64,000 nucleotides of DNA from an uncultured Candidatus Saccharibacteria bacterium (GTDB taxonomy: Bacteria > Patescibacteriota > Minisyncoccia > Phycocordibacterales > CSBR16-119), in the NCBI GenBank assembly GCA_964557535.1, contig CAZLAD010000003.1, positions 89,671-153,670 of the forward strand, read 5' to 3'. The notes beneath the pieces were generated by a model. The model had not been told where the DNA came from and did no database searches. It worked only from the letters and a program-made list of their open reading frames with translations. The stretch's first letter is position 1. Each line of letters opens with the position of its first letter. The position numbers and the translations under genes were made by a program. Positions 49,914 to 58,776 of this stretch are shown here, one piece after another.

Positions 49914-50359
49914 GACAGATAAATCCTTTGGATTTATTTTGAGAACCTCTCGGTTCTCAACGCTACGCTGCTCTCCTCCACGGGGAAAACTACAGTTTTA
50001 CACGACCCCCTTTCGTAGCGTTGAATAATTCTGAGGCAACCCAGAATTATTCAACGCCCTTAAACATTTGTCTATATTGCAACCGAAATAACCGTGCCTT
50101 ATAATTAAGGCACGGTTATTTCAAAGTATTATCTAGAACATTAGTCCTAGGGGAGTGAGAAGTTGGCGCTGGCCGTGGCCTTCGCCACATCACACCCACG
50201 TATAATTTAGCTAGGATAATAACTTGGATAGCCGTAAAGAGAAACTTTATGCCTAAACCCTTCAGCGGGTTTTTCTTTTTATATTAAGTATTGTTTGGGC
50301 CGTAGGTACTGAGCTCGTCGAAGTATTTTTCTTTTTTTCTGGTAGAATAGATATATGAA

Positions 50360-50477
50360 TCCCGATAGTGATGCTCTGTGGAGATTGTTGGGATAATTCA
50401 TAAAGATATGGTCGTGAATTACTTACGTAACAATAAATTAGATACGCAAATCTAAAGATTTGCTATCACTATTGGGA
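50360..50477 (+). repeat. Family A element, copy A4
   Basis: TCCCGATAGTGAT/ATCACTATTGGGA; ATGAAT at both 50355 and 50477. Confidence 0.9.
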
Positions 50478-50911
50478 TGAATTTTAGGGCACGTATCTTC
50501 AGGCGTTTTGCATATCTGCTTTTTGGATTGTTTATCGTAAATAGTCTCGCAAATTATTTTTATTGGTATCAAAGTTTTCGTTATTTCGACAAGATTATGC
50601 ATTTCACCGGCGGTGTCGTTGGAACCCTTTTTCTCGTATGGTTTTTCCACGAAAAATATTTGAAATTTCTGAGAGAAAAAAAATTAAAAAAGCTTCTTAT
50701 TTTTAATACACTGGTTTTTTTAGGTGTGGCTGGTTTGTGGGAAGTTATGGAATTTTCAATTCAAGATATTTTTGACGCCGGACAGTTACTCGCCAGTCCC
50801 ATGGACTCTGTAGATGATTTGTTTTTTGGCACATTAGGAAGCTTGGTCGGTATTACATATTTTCTCAACAAAGTTAGAAATCTAAAAATCTTTAAACATG
50901 ATGGATTCTGA
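50477..50911 (+). CDS. Membrane protein, VanZ/DUF2238-like
   Basis: DKIMHF.GG..LWE..EF..D...DL...LG across TM helices. Confidence 0.7.
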   Translation: MNFRARIFRRFAYLLFGLFIVNSLANYFYWYQSFRYFDKIMHFTGGVVGTLFLVWFFHEKYLKFLREKKLKKLLIFNTLVFLGVAGLWEVMEFSIQDIFDAGQLLASPMDSVDDLFFGTLGSLVGITYFLNKVRNLKIFKHDGF

Positions 50912-51026
50912 TAGTGATGTTTTAGTTAAAAATTTTTATTTTAGGTTACAATAAGATCGTCGTGAATTACTTACAGGATAATAAATTAGATACGCAAATC
51001 TTAAAGATTTGCTATCACTAACGGAA
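50906..51026 (+). repeat. Family A element, copy A5
   Basis: TTCTGATAGTGAT/ATCACTAACGGAA; ATGGA at both 50901 and 51026; 3' half closely matches A4. Confidence 0.9.
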
Positions 51027-52405
51027 TGGAAACCAAGAAATTAAAATTGACATTTGCAGGAGGGACGGGCTGGGTGACTGGCGCGAACTTTTTGCTCGAG
51101 AAACCCGAAGGATTTAAGTTACTTGTCGATTGTGGAATGATCCAGGGCGAGAAAATGGCCGAACACGACAATTGGAACCCTTTTCCTTATGATCCGGCAC
51201 AAGTCGACGTGCTTATCATAAGTCACGCGCACGAGGATCACATTGGTCGAATCCCGAAACTCGTCTACGAGGGATTTAAAGGCAAAATCATAGGCACGGC
51301 AGCGACGGCTGATTTGACGGCTATTATGCTTGAGGACACCGCACATATATTGGCCAATTCTCGAAGCGGAGCGGAATTTAATTTAAATAAAATATATTCA
51401 CCCGAAATACTGCATAGGATAAAGGGTATGTGGGAAACACACGAGTATCACGAGAAATTTACTTTGGGTGGCGACATGGAGGTTGTGTTTAAAGACGCGG
51501 GACACATCTTGGGCTCGTGCATGACGGAGATTACGTACAATGGCTCGAAAATTGTTTTTACCGGAGATTTGGGCAACTCGCCGTCGCCACTTTTAAATGA
51601 CACCGAAGACATCACGGGAGCGCGGTACCTTGTCATGGAATCAGTCTATGGTGACAGAAATCACGAACAGCGCGCGGAGCGAGAAGAAAATCTTAAAAAA
51701 ATCATCCTTGAAACTTACAAGAAAAAAGGAGTTTTGATGGTGCCGATTTTTTCTCTCGAACGCACGCAGGAATTTCTCTACGAACTCAATAATTTTGTCG
51801 AGTCGAAGCAGATTCCGGTAATGAAAATTTTCCTCGACTCGCCGCTCGCTATTCGAATTACGGATATTTTCAAGAAGCATTTAAATCTTCTCAAAGAAAC
51901 CGTGCGCATGCAGATCAGTCAGGGTGATAACATTTTCCAATTCCCAGGACTTCGCGAGACCGAAGTCACACAGGATTCGATAAATATTTTAAAAATTCCT
52001 GGTCCGAAAATTATCATGGCAGGATCCGGGATGTCGACCGGTGGTAGAATCCTCCATCACGAGAAAAATTATCTCTCTGATCCAAATGCCACACTGCTTC
52101 TCACTGGTTACCAGGTCCCGGGAACACTCGGACGAATTCTCCAAGAAGGACGAAATGAAGTTATGATTTTAAACGAGCGTGTAAAAGTAAAAGCCAAGAT
52201 TCAAATGATTCAGGGTTATTCGGGGCACAAGGATTCGTTTCACTTGGTGAAATTTGTCGGAACAGCCAAAGACACCCTCGAAAAAGTTTTCACTGTCATG
52301 GGCGAGACAAGTTCGGCGATGTTTCTAGCACAAAAGATTCGCGACAACCTCGGGGTTACGGCAATTGCGCCGGAGATGAATCAGAGTGTAGAATTGGAGT
52401 TTTAA
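51026..52405 (+). CDS. Metallo-beta-lactamase/beta-CASP ribonuclease
   Basis: HAHEDH, AGHILGS, TGDLG, MESVYG, YSGH.D. Confidence 0.93.
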   Translation: METKKLKLTFAGGTGWVTGANFLLEKPEGFKLLVDCGMIQGEKMAEHDNWNPFPYDPAQVDVLIISHAHEDHIGRIPKLVYEGFKGKIIGTAATADLTAIMLEDTAHILANSRSGAEFNLNKIYSPEILHRIKGMWETHEYHEKFTLGGDMEVVFKDAGHILGSCMTEITYNGSKIVFTGDLGNSPSPLLNDTEDITGARYLVMESVYGDRNHEQRAEREENLKKIILETYKKKGVLMVPIFSLERTQEFLYELNNFVESKQIPVMKIFLDSPLAIRITDIFKKHLNLLKETVRMQISQGDNIFQFPGLRETEVTQDSINILKIPGPKIIMAGSGMSTGGRILHHEKNYLSDPNATLLLTGYQVPGTLGRILQEGRNEVMILNERVKVKAKIQMIQGYSGHKDSFHLVKFVGTAKDTLEKVFTVMGETSSAMFLAQKIRDNLGVTAIAPEMNQSVELEF

Positions 52406-52504
52406 AATCGTGCCCCCTTACGGCCAAAGGCCTGAGGGTGCGTTCCAAAAATTTTTCTGAGATGTTTTGCTCCGCTTGTAGGAGGAATTTGGTATAATAA
52501 ACTT

Positions 52505-53038
52505 GTGAAAAAGAAACGTTTTAAAATTGCCGTGTCGGGCGCAACTGAAACAAGTGGCGCAAGTTTAGAGACTTTGGCTCAAGCAAAGAAGCTTGGTGAA
52601 GCTGTGGCGAAGCGGGGGCATTTTCTCGTAACGGGCGCTCATCACGGATTTCCGATGTTCTCGGCCATTGGCGCCAAAGAATCCGGTGGCGATGTTATAT
52701 ACTTTTCTCCCGCCGCAAATAGAGACGAGCACAGAGACGTTTATCGCCTAGACCATGACACGGCCGATTTAGTCGTTTATACGGGGTTTGGCCACGCTGG
52801 ATCAAATGTTTTACTCGCACGTTCGGCAGACGCAGTAATTATCGGCATGGGCAAATTAGACGCCTTGCATGAGTTTGACGTAGCGCTTCGGGCCGGGAAG
52901 CCGGTTGGTGTGCTCCAGGGTGATTGGGAAACCGACCATGCGCTCAAAAAGCTCTCAAGCGCGAGCCATCAGCCGGTTGTTTTTGAAAATGATCCGGACA
53001 AGCTTGTCGACAAATTACTTGAACTCATCGTCAAATAG
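52505..53038 (+). CDS. LOG/SLOG family Rossmann-fold nucleotide-binding protein
   Basis: IAVSG..LG..VA..G..LVTG..GAKESGG; GKPVG. Confidence 0.75.
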   Translation: MKKKRFKIAVSGATETSGASLETLAQAKKLGEAVAKRGHFLVTGAHHGFPMFSAIGAKESGGDVIYFSPAANRDEHRDVYRLDHDTADLVVYTGFGHAGSNVLLARSADAVIIGMGKLDALHEFDVALRAGKPVGVLQGDWETDHALKKLSSASHQPVVFENDPDKLVDKLLELIVK

Positions 53039-53091
53039 AAATTCTTATTTTCAAGCAATTGCATGGAAATAAGAATAAGTCGTGTAATTCA

Positions 53092-53133
53092 AAATCAATA
53101 AAGCCCCACGTTTTACGTGGGGCTTTATTGATT
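53092..53133. terminator. Bidirectional terminator
   Basis: aatcaataaagccccacg..cgtggggctttattgatt. Confidence 0.8.
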
Positions 53134-54232
53134 AGATTGTCTTGAGTCCCGCCGTGACTTCTTTCAGAAGTTTGTTGCGAACATCTTTGTTTTCTTTTTC
53201 ACGAAGGAATTGGCGAGTGGCATCGTAACCACGACCCAGTTTTACTTCTTCTTTTTCATTGCCACCAGGGACATAACTGTACGACGCGCCGGATTTTTTG
53301 ATGATACCCATGCGTTCGCCGAGTGCCAAAAGCTCGCCCTCGATCGAGATACCCTCACCGTAGATAATATCGAATTCGGTTTGTTTGAAAGGAGCGGCGA
53401 CTTTGTTTTTCACGACTTTTACGCGTGTGCGAGAGCCGACGACTTCTTCACCCTTTTTGATCTGAGCAATACGACGAATGTCTAGCCGAACCGAGGCGTA
53501 GAATTTCAAAGCTTTTCCTCCTGTTGTTGTTTCTGGATTTCCAAACATCACGCCAATTTGCATGCGGATTTGGTTTATGAAAATAATGATTGTTTTGGTG
53601 CGAGAGACGAGAGCGGTGAGTTTGCGCATAGCCTGAGACATCAGACGTGCCTGCTTGCCGACTTGATGAGAACCCATGTCGCCTTCGATTTCATCTTTCG
53701 GGGTGAGTGCTGCCACGGAGTCAACGACAACAACATCTACTTTGCCACTTCGAACAAGCGATTCACAAATCTCGAGAGCCTGTTCACCGTTGTCTGGTTG
53801 GGAAATGAGAAGTTCGTCAATTTTGACGCCAAGTTTTTTTGCATACTCTGGATCCATGGCGTGTTCGGCGTCAATGAACGCACATATACCTCCGCGCTTC
53901 TGAGCTTCGGCTACAACATGGAGTGCCAGAGTTGTTTTACCAGAAGACTCTGGCCCAAAGATTTCGATAATGCGACCTTTTGGAAGTCCGCCAATTCCAA
54001 GCGCCGCGTCGAGCCCAAGCGAGCCGGTCGAAATTGCACCGATGCCGACTTTTGGCGTGTCTCCCATTTTCATGATGGCGCCTTCACCAAATTTTGTTTG
54101 GATGGCCTTTAGAGTGCTTTCGATACCTGACATCGTCATTTCTTTTTTGGTTTCGTTAGAAGCACCTTCGTCCAAGACGTCCTTGGCTCCCACTTCTTTG
54201 CTTACCGCGTTCTTTTTCTTTTTTAGTGCCAT
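53132..54232 (-). CDS. recA: Recombinase RecA
   Basis: [35 protein letters not shown]. Confidence 0.99.
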   Translation of the reverse strand: MALKKKKNAVSKEVGAKDVLDEGASNETKKEMTMSGIESTLKAIQTKFGEGAIMKMGDTPKVGIGAISTGSLGLDAALGIGGLPKGRIIEIFGPESSGKTTLALHVVAEAQKRGGICAFIDAEHAMDPEYAKKLGVKIDELLISQPDNGEQALEICESLVRSGKVDVVVVDSVAALTPKDEIEGDMGSHQVGKQARLMSQAMRKLTALVSRTKTIIIFINQIRMQIGVMFGNPETTTGGKALKFYASVRLDIRRIAQIKKGEEVVGSRTRVKVVKNKVAAPFKQTEFDIIYGEGISIEGELLALGERMGIIKKSGASYSYVPGGNEKEEVKLGRGYDATRQFLREKENKDVRNKLLKEVTAGLKTI

Positions 54233-54255
54233 ATTTTTATTGATTGTTTGTAATG

Positions 54256-54672
54256 TCAATTTTCATAATTTGAAACCGCGTTCGTTTGAATATTTAATGC
54301 TGTTGCCGTGTCTGTTTTCTCTTTATAAAAGACACGATATTCATAAAACGTTTTTTTGTTATATTTGTCCTTTGCTTCGAGAGTTACGATGTTTGTACCC
54401 GGCGAAAGCACCAGATTTTCTTTGAAGTTTTTGTTTTCATCCACCGAGACTTCGCGTCCGTTTAGTGTTATGAGGTTTGCGTGAATAGCTTCACCCGTCA
54501 ATTCGATAAAATCTTTTTCAAATATTTGACCGTCGACAATTCCGGCGATTTTAAGATCCACACCTCTAGATAAAGATTTCATTTGAAAAAATGTATAAAG
54601 GACAATAAAGACAAAAAGAAGTCCAAACAATCCCAAACCTACAAATTTTTTAATATTTATCGTTTTCGTCAT
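54256..54672 (-). CDS. Membrane-anchored Ig-like protein
   Basis: TM helix plus LNG...F...L.L.PG.N...L.A.D. Confidence 0.7.
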   Translation of the reverse strand: MTKTINIKKFVGLGLFGLLFVFIVLYTFFQMKSLSRGVDLKIAGIVDGQIFEKDFIELTGEAIHANLITLNGREVSVDENKNFKENLVLSPGTNIVTLEAKDKYNKKTFYEYRVFYKEKTDTATALNIQTNAVSNYEN

Positions 54673-57064
54673 ATAAATCTTTACCCGCCTCTTCTTCATC
54701 GAGAGATTCTGTTGGCTCTTCCTCGATTTCTTCTGTCTCTTCTAATTCTACCACCTCAACTTCGTCTTCGGTTGGGTTTTCACCAAAAACCTGTTCATAT
54801 TCTTCGTCTTCTGGTGTCTCTGGAACTTCTTCTTCCAGGTCTTTGCGAACCATGGTCACAGCGTGGAATGCTGGTCGGGAAGCCTCGGGAGCTTTGTAGG
54901 CGGATGGTTTCGGGGGTGTTGGTTCACTGCCATCTGCAAGTATTTCACGTGGTTTGGCCCCATTTCCTGGACCCACGATACCAGCTTCTTCTAGCTCATC
55001 GAGGATTCTAGCAGCCCTAGAATAGCCTATTTTCAAGCGGCGCTGGATGTAGGAGGTCGAAGCTTTCTTTTCTTCGATGACTAGTTTTTTGGCTTCTTCG
55101 AACATGTCGTCTCGTTCACTGTCGTCGTCGAGTGAACTGCTGAAAATACTCTTGTCAGAACTAATTGATCCGTCACCTAAGTTGAGTCCATCTGGCAGTT
55201 CGTCTTTGTAACGAGTTTTCAAATAATTGGCAATGCTTTTGACTTCGTTTTCAGAAATAAAAGCGCTCTGGACTCGTTGTGGCTGAGCCATTTCGCCAGA
55301 TGAGTAGAGCATGTCTCCAGCACCAAGCAATTTTTCAGCACCCGCAGCGTCGAGGATCGTGCGTGAGTCTATTTGTGAGGCTACTTGTAGAGCAATTCGC
55401 GTCGGTACGTTTGCCTTGATGAGACCAGTGATGACGTTGACGGAAGGTCTCTGAGTCGAAAGGGTGAGGTGAATACCAACGGCGCGTGACATTTGGGCGA
55501 GTCGAACGATGCCGGACTCTAGTTCGCGTGGGTAAGTCGTCATGATATCAGCGAGTTCGTCGATAAATATGAGAATGTACGGCATTTGTTCCATGTCGTT
55601 ATCGTCTTTTTTGGAATTATATTTGTTGTGATAGGAGTCAATATCACGGACCGCGTGACCTTCGAGAATGTCATAACGTCTCTCCATTTCTGATATTGCC
55701 CACTTTAGAGCAAGAATGGCTTTTTTAGGATTTGTGATGACCGGAGTGAGTAAATGAGGAATGCCGTTATAAAGTGTGAGCTCAACTCTCTTTGGGTCGA
55801 TCATGATGAAGCGTAAATCTTCTGGACCGTTTCGATATATAAGAGAAGTAATCAATGTATGAACAGTTACAGATTTACCAGATCCGGTCGCTCCCGCAAC
55901 GAGTAGGTGTGGCATTTTTGCCATGTTCGCATACTCGGCTTTTCCTGAAACACTTCGGCCAAGAGCTACTAGGAGAGGCTTGGCACTGTCTTTGAATTCT
56001 TTGGCGCCGATAAGGCTTCGCAAATCAACCAGAGCTTTGGTTTGATTTGGTACTTCAATACCAACAAGCGAAAGACCTGGAATCGGGGCCTGAATGCGGA
56101 TCGACGGCGCGGCAAGTGCGAGACGGAGTTCGTTTTGAAGAGCAGTAATGCGAGAAAGTCTGACGCCTTGGGCGGGCTTCAGGGCAAATCTGGTAACAGT
56201 CGGTCCGACAGTAACTTCATCCATTTCAACATCGATACCGAAATTTTGAAGCGTACGCTTGATGATGTTTGAGTTTGCCTTTATGTCGCCGGTGACAGCT
56301 TTTTGTTCATTTTTGGTCAGGAGTGAAAGTGGGGGAGGAACGTATTTACCCGACGATTTCCAGGCAGTTGATAAGGCAAAAGCACTTGCTTGTGAAGCGA
56401 GGTCCTTTGATGAATCTTTTGGTAGCTCTGGTTGAGGAGATTCTTCAGTTGGTTCTTCGGCAGGTTCGTCTTCTGGCACATCTTCGGTCACCTCTTCGTA
56501 GATCTCTTCTTCAGATTCTTCGCCTTTTCCAAACAAACGCTTTATTCGTTCCAAGAAGCCACTCAAACTTGGTTTTTTGTCGAACATTACAACCAGCGAA
56601 ATGACAAAAAGTGCCAAAAGCAATATGAAAGCTAGATAAACATCAAAGAATTTTACAAACGGCCAAGCTAGTCCGCGTCCGATTATGCCAGCGACGCCAT
56701 TTTTTATGATATGGATTAATCCAAGCCCAGACACCAAGAAAAGAATCGAGCTTACGGCGTTTGATGTTCCAAATGTTGGACGCTCTGAACGGTGAGATGA
56801 GATTCCCAAAAGTATAAAGACAATAGGCAGAAGAGCGTAACCAACACCAAGCAATTTATGTAAATTTTTGTAAATAAAATCTCCGGCAACGCCGCCAAGA
56901 TCAAATCCAGACAAAGCAAAAAGTATTGCCAGAACGAAAAAAGAAATTGCGACAATTCCATTTTTGGTCTCTCTCCTTATGTGCATTCCAAACACCGAAA
57001 CGTAATTATCGTCCGGCACAATTTCTTTAGCCTTTGGTTTTTTTGAAGCACCTTTTTTCGGCAT
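54650..57064 (-). CDS. ftsK: DNA translocase FtsK
   Basis: 4TM N-terminus, PHLLVAGATGSGKS, IDELAD, gamma domain (IQRRLKIGYSRAAR). Confidence 0.98.
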   Translation of the reverse strand: MPKKGASKKPKAKEIVPDDNYVSVFGMHIRRETKNGIVAISFFVLAILFALSGFDLGGVAGDFIYKNLHKLLGVGYALLPIVFILLGISSHRSERPTFGTSNAVSSILFLVSGLGLIHIIKNGVAGIIGRGLAWPFVKFFDVYLAFILLLALFVISLVVMFDKKPSLSGFLERIKRLFGKGEESEEEIYEEVTEDVPEDEPAEEPTEESPQPELPKDSSKDLASQASAFALSTAWKSSGKYVPPPLSLLTKNEQKAVTGDIKANSNIIKRTLQNFGIDVEMDEVTVGPTVTRFALKPAQGVRLSRITALQNELRLALAAPSIRIQAPIPGLSLVGIEVPNQTKALVDLRSLIGAKEFKDSAKPLLVALGRSVSGKAEYANMAKMPHLLVAGATGSGKSVTVHTLITSLIYRNGPEDLRFIMIDPKRVELTLYNGIPHLLTPVITNPKKAILALKWAISEMERRYDILEGHAVRDIDSYHNKYNSKKDDNDMEQMPYILIFIDELADIMTTYPRELESGIVRLAQMSRAVGIHLTLSTQRPSVNVITGLIKANVPTRIALQVASQIDSRTILDAAGAEKLLGAGDMLYSSGEMAQPQRVQSAFISENEVKSIANYLKTRYKDELPDGLNLGDGSISSDKSIFSSSLDDDSERDDMFEEAKKLVIEEKKASTSYIQRRLKIGYSRAARILDELEEAGIVGPGNGAKPREILADGSEPTPPKPSAYKAPEASRPAFHAVTMVRKDLEEEVPETPEDEEYEQVFGENPTEDEVEVVELEETEEIEEEPTESLDEEEAGKDLYDENDKY

Positions 57065-57131
57065 ATATGATGTCATTGTAGCACGCACATTTCTATTTGA
57101 GCCTTATATTACTGTGCAAAAATGGTGTTCC

Positions 57132-57266
57132 GCAAAACTCTTTTTATTTTTTCTAGAAGATGCGCGCCAAAGTCTCCCTCCGAGCACTCGGGAGACCAGA
57201 GATTACCAGCTTTTACTGGCGCGCACCCTTCGGGTGATGTTCTATAAAAAATAAAAAGAGTTTTGC
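57132..57266. repeat. Long hairpin with family C-type closing motif
   Basis: 21-bp perfect stem GCAAAACTCTTTTTATTTTTT; flanks GGTGTTCC/TCCGC; inner gcgcgcca/tggcgcgc. Confidence 0.75.
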
Positions 57267-57345
57267 TCCGCTTAGAGGTGAAAATCAAAAATTTGCTACA
57301 TAAAAAAGTCGGTGTATAATGGACACATCAAAGACCTAAAAAGAC

Positions 57346-58167
57346 ATGAAAGAAAACGACCTACAACCTAACAGACAAGTTAAAAAGGTTTCGACAGAGG
57401 GTATTTTTATGTCCGTTTCAAAAAAGGCCGAAAAAATTACTACGGCACTTTATATGCTTACAGATTTGGTTAGGGAGGACGATCCAATGAGACGTAAAAT
57501 TCGAGAAACGTCCATTATGGTTTTGTCCGATACACGAGGATTGTCCTATGCCATGACTGGTGACCTTTATTTTCATTTGGCTAGAGTTATTGCCAAGTCA
57601 TGGGAACTCGTGTCCCTTATAGAAGTGTGTGTTGTCGTGGGTTTTATTTCAGATATGAATCACGGCATTATCAAAAATGCTTTAATCGAATTTATTGGTG
57701 ATTTACGTAATCGTCAACGGATCGAAAGTTTCACTCATATCCAAGACTTGAAGATTGGGGTGGGTGAGGCAAATAATTTCAAACTAAAAAGCGACTTCTT
57801 TAAATTAGATGACAATGACATAAGGTCGGCCAAAGAAGAATTTACCTCGGATGTTCAAACGGCAGGACGAGTATTGTCTAAGGGACATTTTATAAAACCA
57901 ATGTCCGATAGGAATTTGTCCTTTAATACGGAGATAAAAACGATAAATAATTTGTCCAAAACAGAGTCGCCGAATCAAACCGAGCGTAGCGAACAGATAC
58001 TGAAACTAATAGATGAGAAAAGAGAGATTTCTATAAAAGACATCGTATCTTATTTCCAAGAATATAGTCAAAAAACCATCCAAAGGGACTTGGCGGCACT
58101 TGTCGAATCTGGAGCCATAAAAAGAAGCGGGGAGAAGAGATGGAGTAGGTATTCTAGCAAGTTGTAG
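57346..58167 (+). CDS. Protein with N-terminal helical bundle and C-terminal DeoR-like winged HTH
   Basis: R..QIL..I.....SIKDI......SQKTIQRDL..LV..G...GEKRWSRY. Confidence 0.8.
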   Translation: MKENDLQPNRQVKKVSTEGIFMSVSKKAEKITTALYMLTDLVREDDPMRRKIRETSIMVLSDTRGLSYAMTGDLYFHLARVIAKSWELVSLIEVCVVVGFISDMNHGIIKNALIEFIGDLRNRQRIESFTHIQDLKIGVGEANNFKLKSDFFKLDDNDIRSAKEEFTSDVQTAGRVLSKGHFIKPMSDRNLSFNTEIKTINNLSKTESPNQTERSEQILKLIDEKREISIKDIVSYFQEYSQKTIQRDLAALVESGAIKRSGEKRWSRYSSKL

Positions 58168-58776
58168 GTCTCGCGAACAACATATAAAAACCCACTCTGT
58201 CAAGCAGAGATTCCGTAATAACACTTATTTTACATCGTCATAATTGGTGCATCGTCGAACTTTGTATTTTGGAGCTCGCTTGAGTTTTGAGGTCAGATAT
58301 GAGATGATGTGTGGGTTAATTTTATGGACGCAGGTCCGTGGGTTATCCACAAACTTTTTAGGGAATGGCTCTAAAAGGTTGTAAAATTATTTCACATAAA
58401 TTTTATAAATTTGTGTGAGGAGCTAAAACCTCCAAGGAAACGTGATCGTTGACAATTTCAAAATGTTTTCCAGCTTTTTAAAAAAGCTGGCAATTGTTTT
58501 ATTTGTCGTCGATCTTGGATCCGCCATGTCGACAAGGCAGATGCAAAAGATTTTGTTTTTTGTTTTCGTCCACAAGGCGCGGAATAAAAAACAAATTCAA
58601 AACTCTGTCTGTCTTGAAGAGTTTAAAATCTTCAAGACAAAACTTCGCGGATGAAAATTTGCGGAGATTATAAAAAGTCACAATCGTAGTTAGTCGAACT
58701 AAATACCGATTGCGCTCGGACGCATTCACCAATAAAAGATGAGTGCCGACGAAAATTAATAACGATAATTTTAATT

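Noticed and set aside
58343-58351. oriC
   Set aside because: Only one perfect DnaA box and no dnaA/dnaN in the window
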